In this document: positions 16,379-24,526 of the stretch, in pieces | Layout: each line of letters begins with the position of its first letter | How positions within the stretch are numbered: position 1 is the stretch's first letter | Assembly (NCBI GenBank): GCA_021650915.1 | Contig: CP091279.1 | Location: 810,001 to 842,000, forward strand | Source of the DNA: Candidatus Brocadia sp. | GTDB lineage: Bacteria > Planctomycetota > Brocadiia > Brocadiales > Brocadiaceae | Reading direction: 5' to 3' | DNA: 32,000 nt | Translations under genes and position numbers: made by a program | Notes under the pieces: model-generated | Databases searched by the model: none | What the model was told of the DNA's origin: nothing | The model's input: the letters and a program-made list of their open reading frames with translations, nothing else

Positions 16379-18841
16379 TCATGGTGTCTTACGGCACTTT
16401 TCTCTTACGAAATTGAGGAGTGTTACTCCGTTGTCCTTGTTCAAAGCAAAAAACGTCATACAGAGGACCTTATCGAGTAAAAGACATGAGGTGTAACGGA
16501 CCGATTTATCCAGAAATATAAGGATGTCCCCTTCCTCAAATTCCTTTGCGCTCCATGATCTCCATAAGGTAACCACGTCATTAAAGGCATGTCTTGCAAT
16601 GGTACTGTCAGGATATCGTACCAGCATAAGCTTGAGCGGTTCTGCATCAGCCTGAGTTCTGTATTCAGCAAGAACGGCATCCGTCTTCTCGCTGAGATGA
16701 AACACATTCTCCTCAATAAAATTGTCAGAAATAGAGATATTATCGAGGATAATCTTTTGATGAAAGAATTTGGGGCTTTCCTGTACCAGAGACTGTTCAG
16801 GAAGATAATTCACTATGGCAGGCAAAGACACCTTTTTGTAAGGCATGGCATCGATAAGGACTTTGCCTACAAAAGTCACATCTTCAGGCAAAATATCACC
16901 CTCCCTGGGCTCAATTCTGATAAAGTACACCCCGTTCCAAAGATAAAGGCAATTATGGAAGAGTGCGCTTCCGTTACCCAGATTGATATCAGCGCCCGCC
17001 CTATCCTTGGTAAAGACACCAAATGCATCCTCTGAGGAGCCAAATTCCCAGATATCGACGAGGATTTTTTTGTCAGTGTCTTTATGATATTCGGCGCTGA
17101 CGACGCGAACAAACGAATACGACAAATAGGGTTCGGCGCCTCCGTTAATATACTCGTAGAGCTTCTCCTTGCCTTCATACGTATTCGGGCCAAATACCCT
17201 TCTCCAATCTCCTATGGTTTCAGGAAGAAAACCGATGCTCTTATTAACAACTTCCTTCAAGCTCCTTATTTTCCTTTGCGGCTGTATCCCTTCCACAACG
17301 ATGGCTGCAGTCCCCAAAACAGGACATACCTTTTCGCAGAAACCGCACCCAATGCAGAGATCCTCCCGCACAAAAGGCCTTCGGATCTCACGTTGTTGTA
17401 CATCTACATACGTATTAAAATGAATGGCCTTCGTGGGTACCGGGCACACCTCTTCGCAGACACCGCAATTGAAGTCTTGCCATTGTTTTTCTAACTCCGG
17501 CAGCCGTGCATAACCCACCCAGGGAATACACCGATTATGGTCTATCCGCGCCTTTCCCAAGGCTACCTCGCGCTTTTCTTCCAGATCCAGCCGTCTGATA
17601 GCACCCGAAGGGCATACCCTTGTGCAGAGGACACAACCATAATCACAATAGCCAAGACGCGGAATAAGTTTTGGCGTCCATAAACTCTCGACACCGGCCT
17701 CCAATACCGTAGGATGCAATCCATTGGTTTTACACACCTTCATACACTCTCCACACCGTATACAGCGGGCAAGAAACTCACCCTCATCTACTGCACCCGG
17801 CGGGCGGATAAGAGAAGCATGTCCCTTATTAATACCCTTTGTATAGTTTAACTTTAGTAAAGGTGCCATCACTGCGCTTGTTATGCCGGACACAAGAAAC
17901 GCCCTCTTTGAAAGATCTACTGCATGCTTTTGTTCCGTTGGCTGTCTCATGCAAAAGGTAATGCTGTTTTCCGGACATACCTTCTGACAGGTCATACACA
18001 AAATACACTCGCCCTCCTTTGTGCCATGCCCATCGCCACTGATCGCACCCATGCCACATTTCTCAACACACAAGCCGCAGCTTGTACATGAGGAAGAAAC
18101 ATTCCTTTTAAAGAATGACCAGTCTGAAAAGAGTGCAAGCATGGCCCCCATAGGACAAATGTTCCTGCACCAATATCGCCGATATACTAAGCCAAAAGAT
18201 ATTATTACCACACCTGCGGAGAGAAGAATGCCGTGTCCCCTGAAAAACGGTGCATGATAGGCAAAAAGCATGGACTGGATAGCTTTATGGATAAAGGCGA
18301 AGAGATTCCCGATAAGAGGTATATCGCTAAGGTAACCAAAAAGACCGTTGATAAGATGAATACTATAGGGATGAATGCTTATCGCATATATGTTCGTGGC
18401 GATGGATATGGGGTCAAACCATCCCACCCACTGCTGGGTAAACAAGAGACTGATCAAAAGAAATGCAAGAAGATAATATTTGAATCTTCGACCATCGTAG
18501 ATCTTGCCCTGAAACTTCTTCCTGGGTCCGGCAAAAAGACGGTCGGTAATATCTATCGTTGTTCCCATCGGACAAATCCATGCACAAAATAAACGCCCGA
18601 AAGGGATCGTTAAGAGTAGCACGAAAAGAGCAGGCCAATATTTTAAAACAAATGATTTCGAAGCCATCATCACCCCCACGGCAGAAAGGGGGCTCATTCG
18701 AAGAAATATATTTGCCGAAAGGTCTTTTTCTGTAAGAGGATCTAAGAAAAGGAGTAGGTAGAGGAAGATGGAAAAGGAGAGATACTGCACCACGCGGCGC
18801 CCATAATAAGGCCATTCATTATTTTTCTGTTTACCTTGCAT
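16379..18841 (-). CDS. NapH-like / NapG-like fused polyferredoxin membrane protein with unassigned C-terminal domain
   Basis: 820 aa. The N-terminal part has hydrophobic helices plus two CxxCP motifs (RLFCAWICPMGT, YWCRNICPMGA) and two 4Fe-4S motifs, like NapH/MauN. The middle has LIRPPGAVDEGEFLARCIRCGECMKVC plus three further CxxCxxCxxxCP-type motifs, like NapG/MauM. The last ~280 aa have no Cys motifs and no family I recognise. Confidence 0.85.
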   Translation of the reverse strand: MQGKQKNNEWPYYGRRVVQYLSFSIFLYLLLFLDPLTEKDLSANIFLRMSPLSAVGVMMASKSFVLKYWPALFVLLLTIPFGRLFCAWICPMGTTIDITDRLFAGPRKKFQGKIYDGRRFKYYLLAFLLISLLFTQQWVGWFDPISIATNIYAISIHPYSIHLINGLFGYLSDIPLIGNLFAFIHKAIQSMLFAYHAPFFRGHGILLSAGVVIISFGLVYRRYWCRNICPMGAMLALFSDWSFFKRNVSSSCTSCGLCVEKCGMGAISGDGHGTKEGECILCMTCQKVCPENSITFCMRQPTEQKHAVDLSKRAFLVSGITSAVMAPLLKLNYTKGINKGHASLIRPPGAVDEGEFLARCIRCGECMKVCKTNGLHPTVLEAGVESLWTPKLIPRLGYCDYGCVLCTRVCPSGAIRRLDLEEKREVALGKARIDHNRCIPWVGYARLPELEKQWQDFNCGVCEEVCPVPTKAIHFNTYVDVQQREIRRPFVREDLCIGCGFCEKVCPVLGTAAIVVEGIQPQRKIRSLKEVVNKSIGFLPETIGDWRRVFGPNTYEGKEKLYEYINGGAEPYLSYSFVRVVSAEYHKDTDKKILVDIWEFGSSEDAFGVFTKDRAGADINLGNGSALFHNCLYLWNGVYFIRIEPREGDILPEDVTFVGKVLIDAMPYKKVSLPAIVNYLPEQSLVQESPKFFHQKIILDNISISDNFIEENVFHLSEKTDAVLAEYRTQADAEPLKLMLVRYPDSTIARHAFNDVVTLWRSWSAKEFEEGDILIFLDKSVRYTSCLLLDKVLCMTFFALNKDNGVTLLNFVREKCRKTP

Positions 18842-19010
18842 GGCGTATACAGCAAAATGACAAAAAATCGTAAAACAAATTGCTTAACATTCGGATGACG
18901 ACGCCTTTTCATCAACAATACGTTTCAAATAAATATTATAGTACCATTTTGCTCTTTTATCTATACTTTTCGGCTGCCACTCCCCTTTTTACTCGTTTCA
19001 CTTAATTTCC

Positions 19011-19038
19011 TTGCAATATCAATAAATGATGTTACAAT
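19011..19038 (+). promoter_or_regulatory. Sigma70-type promoter of the chrB-like cluster
   Basis: TTGCAA (19011..19016), a 16-nt spacer, then TACAAT (19033..19038), 44 nt upstream of the ATG at 19082. It is overlapped by TTACA/TGTAA palindromic half-sites. Confidence 0.35.
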
Positions 19039-19081
19039 CATTACATTATGTAACATCTATAACATTTTTATAACAGATTGC

Positions 19082-20059
19082 ATGGGAAATACCTGGATAC
19101 TCTTTATCCATCAGATCGCACAGGATGCACCGACCCTTCGGGTAAAGGTTTGGCGGAATTTGAAAAAGTACGGGGCGGTACTTTTCAAAAACGCCGTGTA
19201 CGTTATTCCCCACACGAAGCAGCATGAAGAGATGCTGCAATGGCTGTGTAAACAAATCAGAGACGAAGGGAGCGATGCCTCTCTCTTCATTACGAAATCG
19301 ATGAATAAGACCCAGGACGAAGAGATGATACAGTGCTTTCGTGAAGTGTGCAACAAGGAATATCGTGCCTTGATTACCGCATGCGATGACATGGCAAAGA
19401 AGGCTGAACAGATGGAGGAGACTGGCAGCATTACAGACAGCGCCATATCTGAATTGAAAAAAGGTGTGAATGAAATCCTCAAAAACACCGAAGAGACAGC
19501 GAGAACCGATTTCTTCCATGCGCCACAAAAAGAGAGGCTCATCAAAAAGACAGAATTTCTGGAGAAAAAATTAGCAGACTGGCAGAAGACATCCAAAAGA
19601 GAAGTCTCTCTTATTCATAAGGCATATCACCGAAAAGATTTTTTCGGAAGAAAATGGGTTACACGAAAGGACGTCTTCATCGACCGGATGGCATCTGCCT
19701 GGCTCATCCGGAAATTTATTGATCCAAAAGCCCGTTTTATTTTTCTATCAGATGATAAAATAGTTAAGGACGCTATCCCTTTTGATATGTACGGCTCAGC
19801 ATTTACCCATCAAGGGGAAGATTGCACCTTCGAAACCCTCATAAAGGCGTTCGGCTTAAAAGACCCGGCACTACAGCCAATCGCAGAGATTGTTCACGAT
19901 ATTGATTTAGAAGATGATAAATACGGCAGGAAAGAGACAGAAGGGATAGAACACATTATCAGGGGATTAAAGCAGCAACAAAAGGATGATAAGGAATTAA
20001 TCGAAAAAGGCTCAGGGATATTTGATGCCCTGTATCAGTATTTTAGGCTCTTCAAATGA
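19082..20059 (+). CDS. ChrB-like protein (ChrB N-terminal domain + chromate-resistance C-terminal domain)
   Basis: 325 aa. The N-terminus PTLRVKVWRNLKKYGAVLFKNAVYVIPHT fits the ChrB_N pattern. The C-terminus WVTRKDVFIDRMASAWLIRKFIDPKARFIF...FTHQGEDCTFETLIKAFGL fits the Chrome_Resist domain pattern. Confidence 0.8.
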   Translation: MGNTWILFIHQIAQDAPTLRVKVWRNLKKYGAVLFKNAVYVIPHTKQHEEMLQWLCKQIRDEGSDASLFITKSMNKTQDEEMIQCFREVCNKEYRALITACDDMAKKAEQMEETGSITDSAISELKKGVNEILKNTEETARTDFFHAPQKERLIKKTEFLEKKLADWQKTSKREVSLIHKAYHRKDFFGRKWVTRKDVFIDRMASAWLIRKFIDPKARFIFLSDDKIVKDAIPFDMYGSAFTHQGEDCTFETLIKAFGLKDPALQPIAEIVHDIDLEDDKYGRKETEGIEHIIRGLKQQQKDDKELIEKGSGIFDALYQYFRLFK

Positions 20060-20325
20060 CAAAAAGATTACTTTCACCTTTTGTTACCCTCTGTGCCGTG
20101 GGCTTTTTTGCCCGGATGAGTTATGCCATGGCAAGAACCCCCCTTCTGCCGCTCTTTGCGCTGTCGTTGGGAGCAAGTCCAAAGGCCATCGGGTTTGTCG
20201 TTGGCGCTTCGACCATAACCGGCATCTTCTTCAAATTGCCTGCAGGCACCCTTTCTGACATTTACGGCAGATACAGGATGCTCTTTCTCAGCATGCTGGT
20301 TTTTGCATTCACCCCTTTTATCTAG
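20056..20325 (+). pseudogene. MFS-like transporter gene, 5' fragment (interrupted by IS)
   Basis: 89 codons with two to three TM helices and the MFS loop motif GTLSDIYGRYRML. The ATG overlaps the chrB-like stop (ATGA). The frame ends in a TAG formed at the IS junction. Confidence 0.75.
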
Positions 20326-22175
20326 TGTCTGAACGAAAACGCACTTTTTGTAAAAGTGCGAGGTCGATTTTCTATTTACCAATAGATAATTTTAAGATTT
20401 GAGATTAGGGTTTTTGGCAAAAATACTGTTCTTTTACATATTTCCCTTGTTTTCCCCTTTATTTTAGCCTTGTCTGGGCGTACCTGCCTCCCGGCAGACT
20501 GTTTTTCTTCGTGTTTTTTGCTTGCTTAGGCGGCTTTTCGCAACTTTTCGCACTGCTTCCGTGCCTTCTCCTGCAGCACGTTTCCCAGCTTGTGCAAATT
20601 CGCAGCTAACACGCCCATTGCACAATATCTTTTAAAGGCATGCAGCCCTTTGTCCGGACACCTATCCAAGCCGTGATGCTCCAAACGATTGATATCCGAT
20701 TCTACCGCCGAGTGCTTGTGCCTTAGCTTCTTAAATGTCTTACCCGATTCCTCTTCCTGTTCCGCCTTATTCTTCTTGCCCTTCTTGGGAAGGATTACCT
20801 CTGGTATATACAAACTCAGCAACTCTTTATTCTCTTTCTTGTAAAAACCTTTATCAAAACTTATACTCTTTATTGTGCCTTCTCCGTAACGGCTCAACAA
20901 CCTATCTGCCAATGGAATTACCAACGATACATCCGCCTGTTTTTCTCCTACCACATGGTCCACGATGAAACCCCACTGATCGCTTGCTACCAGAATATTA
21001 TGTCCCAACTCTACCCTTTTGTTTGACTTGCCTTTGTACAGCCACTCCGTATGCGGCTCAAACAACGAATGAACCTTTTCTGCCGCCGGTATTACCTCAT
21101 CCCGGATCACCCTTCTCTCCACCAGGTCTATCTGTTTATTCAACATCCCGTGAAAATACTCCAGTGTCCCTATTTTCCCCTGCATGCTTGTCTACCTGGT
21201 TCGTCGTTAGCACCTTTTCGTAGATGGCTAACAGACTCGCTCCTATCTTTTCACTCAAACCCCTCGATAATTCCAAGTAACTCCTCACATGCTCTTCCTT
21301 GTTTTTCCCCCCGCTGCTTGACGCCTTTGCGCTTATCCTCATCAGCTTTTTTAACTCTCTCCTCCAATATTTGCTCTTGCGCCATCCTTTCCCCGCCAGG
21401 ATGCCTTCCTCTATTGCATCCTCTATCATGTCCAGACTCTTGCGTCCCGCATCCCACAATAAATTCATATCGGCCGGAAAGTGTACATTCGTCTCTAACA
21501 CATACGTATCCACCTTAATACACAGTCCTTCGTCCTTTTTTTTAACCAACTGATGCCCCGATGATATCACCACTTCATTTATCTGCCTGAGGGTCTCCTC
21601 ATCCAACAATCTTATATTGTCCTTGATGCTCTGCATCGAAAAAACCTTCGCCTCTCCAAATGCCGTCTCAACCCCCATTATCTGCCTGATAAGTTTGTGA
21701 TGGTTGGCAAAATCCTCCAACCTGTCATAATCGGCATCTAACCCTAATCTTACCACCGACAACACCAAAATATGCCATAAATCCATCCCATATCTTCCCG
21801 TCTTTTTCTTCCCCTTCGTTACCTTCGCCTCTAATATCCGGAATACCTCCTCGTTCAACTCCGGTGTAACATAGATATGTTGCAACGCCCTCAGTATCGG
21901 TGGTAGCTCATCTCGACTCTTTATTGGCAGTTTTACCCCTGAAATGGGTATGATGCCAAGCTTCAATTGCTGCTCAAATCTCTTTCTCATCTTCTATCGA
22001 ATGTCCTTTGGCTAGTGGGTTAATGAACCGAATATTTGGACTCTTTATACCCAGAATCCCTTCATTTTCGCCATATTTTACCCTTTTACCCGAAAAAATT
22101 CAATGACTTTCATGAACATTTTTCACCAGCTTCTCCTTACTTTACAGGGCTCTGGGGGGTTTCCGTTCAAACACT
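20324..22175 (-). mobile_element. IS copy A (IS4/IS5-superfamily, ~1.85 kb), transposase frameshifted
   Basis: Ends are AGTGTCTGAACGAAAAC (20324..20340) and GTTTCCGTTCAAACACT (22159..22175), matching 15 of 17 as inverted repeats. It is near-identical to 22291..24032. ATCT (20320..20323) flanks it on the left. Confidence 0.85.
20526..21990 (-). pseudogene. DDE transposase, disrupted by a 1-nt insertion
   Basis: ORFs 21136..21990 (284 aa) and 20526..21185 (219 aa) together equal the intact 487-aa ORF of copy B. Copy A has a C4 run at 21177..21180 where copy B has C3 at 23033..23035. Confidence 0.85.
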
Positions 22176-22291
22176 ATGTAAAAGAACAGTATTTTTGCCA
22201 AAAACCCTAATCTCAAATCTTAAAATTATCTATTGGTAAATAGAAAATCGACCTCGCACTTTTACAAAAAGTGCGTTTTCGTTCAGACACT
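22176..22291. repeat. Inverted copy of the IS left-end segment
   Basis: It is the exact reverse complement of 20324..20439 (identity extends to 20323..20440 versus 22175..22292). It ends with the inverted left end GTTTTCGTTCAGACACT (22275..22291). Confidence 0.85.
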
Positions 22292-22381
22292 ACATATTTC
22301 CCTTGTTTTCCCCTTTATTTTAGCCTTGTCTGGGCGTACCTGCCTCCCGGCAGACTGTTTTTCTTCGTGTTTTTTGCTTGC

Positions 22382-23845
22382 TTAGGCGGCTTTTCGCAAC
22401 TTTTCGCACTGCTTCCGTGCCTTCTCCTGCAGCACGTTTCCCAGCTTGTGCAAATTCGCAGCTAACACGCCCATTGCACAATATCTTTTAAAGGCATGCA
22501 GCCCTTTGTCCGGACACCTATCCAAGCCGTGATGCTCCAAACGATTGATATCCGATTCTACCGCCGAGTGCTTGTGCCTTAGCTTCTTAAATGTCTTACC
22601 CGATTCCTCTTCCTGTTCCGCCTTATTCTTCTTGCCCTTCTTGGGAAGGATTACCTCTGGTATATACAAACTCAGCAACTCTTTATTCTCTTTCTTGTAA
22701 AAACCTTTATCAAAACTTATACTCTTTATTGTGCCTTCTCCGTAACGGCTCAACAACCTATCTGCCAATGGAATTACCAACGATACATCCGCCTGTTTTT
22801 CTCCTACCACATGGTCCACGATGAAACCCCACTGATCGCTTGCTACCAGAATATTATGTCCCAACTCTACCCTTTTGTTTGACTTGCCTTTGTACAGCCA
22901 CTCCGTATGCGGCTCAAACAACGAATGAACCTTTTCTGCCGCCGGTATTACCTCATCCCGGATCACCCTTCTCTCCACCAGGTCTATCTGTTTATTCAAC
23001 ATCCCGTGAAAATACTCCAGTGTCCCTATTTTCCCTGCATGCTTGTCTACCTGGTTCGTCGTTAGCACCTTTTCGTAGATGGCTAACAGACTCGCTCCTA
23101 TCTTTTCACTCAAACCCCTCGATAATTCCAAGTAACTCCTCACATGCTCTTCCTTGTTTTTCCCCCCGCTGCTTGACGCCTTTGCGCTTATCCTCATCAG
23201 CTTTTTTAACTCTCTCCTCCAATATTTGCTCTTGCGCCATCCTTTCCCCGCCAGGATGCCTTCCTCTATTGCATCCTCTATCATGTCCAGACTCTTGCGT
23301 CCCGCATCCCACAATAAATTCATATCGGTCGGAAAGTGTACATTCGTCTCTAACACATACGTATCCACCTTAATACACAGTCCTTCGTCCTTTTTTTTAA
23401 CCAACTGATGCCCCGATGATATCACCACTTCATTTATCTGCCTGAGGGTCTCCTCATCCAACAATCTTATATTGTCCTTGATGCTCTGCATCGAAAAAAC
23501 CTTCGCCTCTCCAAATGCCGTCTCAACCCCCATTATCTGCCTGATAAGTTTGTGATGGTTGGCAAAATCCTCCAACCTGTCATAATCGGCATCTAACCCT
23601 AATCTTACCACCGACAACACCAAAATATGCCATAAATCCATCCCATATCTTCCCGTCTTTTTCTTCCCCTTCGTTACCTTCGCCTCTAATATCCGGAATA
23701 CCTCCTCGTTCAACTCCGGTGTAACATAGATATGTTGCAACGCCCTCAGTATCGGTGGTAGCTCATCTCGACTCTTTATTGGCAGTTTTACCCCTGAAAT
23801 GGGTATGATGCCAAGCTTCAATTGCTGCTCAAATCTCTTTCTCAT
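22382..23845 (-). CDS. DDE transposase (IS4/IS5 superfamily)
   Basis: 487 aa. The segment GRYGMDLWHILVLSVVRLGLDADYDRLEDFANHHKLIRQIMGV resembles the InsH/DUF772-type N-terminal domain. The C-terminal HSAVESDINRLEHHGLDRCPDKGLHAFKRYCAMGVLAANLHKLG matches the R..VE....LK...GL.R.R..G.......A.NL pattern of IS4/IS5-type DDE enzymes. Confidence 0.9.
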   Translation of the reverse strand: MRKRFEQQLKLGIIPISGVKLPIKSRDELPPILRALQHIYVTPELNEEVFRILEAKVTKGKKKTGRYGMDLWHILVLSVVRLGLDADYDRLEDFANHHKLIRQIMGVETAFGEAKVFSMQSIKDNIRLLDEETLRQINEVVISSGHQLVKKKDEGLCIKVDTYVLETNVHFPTDMNLLWDAGRKSLDMIEDAIEEGILAGKGWRKSKYWRRELKKLMRISAKASSSGGKNKEEHVRSYLELSRGLSEKIGASLLAIYEKVLTTNQVDKHAGKIGTLEYFHGMLNKQIDLVERRVIRDEVIPAAEKVHSLFEPHTEWLYKGKSNKRVELGHNILVASDQWGFIVDHVVGEKQADVSLVIPLADRLLSRYGEGTIKSISFDKGFYKKENKELLSLYIPEVILPKKGKKNKAEQEEESGKTFKKLRHKHSAVESDINRLEHHGLDRCPDKGLHAFKRYCAMGVLAANLHKLGNVLQEKARKQCEKLRKAA

Positions 23846-24033
23846 CTTCTATCGAATGTCCTTTGGCTAGTGGGTTAATGAACCGAATATTTGGACTCTT
23901 TATACCCAGAATCCCTTCATTTTCGCCATATTTTACCCTTTTACCCGAAAAAATTCAATGACTTTCATGAACATTTTTCACCAGCTTCTCCTTACTTTAC
24001 AGGGCTCTGGGGGGTTTCCGTTCAAACACTATC

Positions 24034-24525
24034 TACGCAGTTACAGTTGCTGGCCTGACCGCATTCCATGCTGGGATCCTCTGGGGGGCACAGGTGGTCA
24101 CTACCATTCTGGCAAAACCGGTCATGGGAAAAATCTCTGACCGATGTGGCAGAAAACCGATAATCTTTTTTGGAATGTGGATCTGCGCTGTTCCTTTTGC
24201 CTCTATTCCGTTTACGCAAAACTTTTACCTCTTGCTTTTTCTCGCCTCCGTCTTTGGCGTCGGTGAGGCATTCGTAACCTCATCTTCCGCAGCAATGGTT
24301 GCAGAATTCTGCGAGGCACAGCATTACGGCGCCGCTATGGGCACCTTCGGGAGTATCTTTGATATCGGCCATGCATCCGGTCCTATCCTGGCCGGGTTGC
24401 TCCTGGCACACCTGAGTTACCAATACTCATTTCTCATCATTGCCATCATCCTAATTTTCGCTTCATTTATTTTTATGTTAACCGTCCGTGAAGAAAAAGT
24501 AGCGGTATTGAAACAGGAGACATAA
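24034..24525 (+). pseudogene. MFS-like transporter gene, 3' fragment
   Basis: The frame is open from the IS junction; the track lists 24094..24525. It carries the second MFS loop motif GKISDRCGRKP and then four to five hydrophobic helices. It is in the same frame as 20056..20323 once the IS pair and one ATCT are removed. Confidence 0.7.
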
Positions 24526-24526
24526 C

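Larger units (their letters stand above)
22176..24030 (-). mobile_element. IS copy B (intact transposase; first ~116 bp present but inverted)
   Basis: The direct repeat of copy A runs from 22291 to 24032. The right end GTTTCCGTTCAAACACT is at 24014..24030, followed by ATCT (24031..24034). Confidence 0.8.

Noticed and set aside
19046-19596. Two long minus-strand ORFs (160 and 161 aa) overlapping the chrB-like gene
   Set aside because: They are antisense to a plus-strand ORF with clear ChrB-family motifs along its whole length. Their own sequences are low in recognisable motifs and overlap each other in different frames.
21136-21185. Programmed ribosomal frameshift in the copy-A transposase
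   Set aside because: Copy B encodes the same protein as one uninterrupted frame. The required shift would be +1 and there is no slippery heptamer. A simple 1-nt homopolymer insertion or a sequencing error explains it.
20323-22292. A 1.97-kb IS with 118-bp perfect terminal inverted repeats
   Set aside because: Copy B ends at 24030 without that repeat. The shorter definition (ends AGTG.../...CACT) yields matching 4-bp duplications at two independent junction pairs, while the long-inverted-repeat definition yields none.
20735-23408. Plus-strand ORFs inside both IS copies (77, 79, 155, 84, 177 aa; P/S/L-rich)
   Set aside because: They are antisense to the transposase gene and have low-complexity composition. 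They appear twice only because the IS is duplicated, and their lengths change with the 1-nt indel, as expected for non-coding frames.
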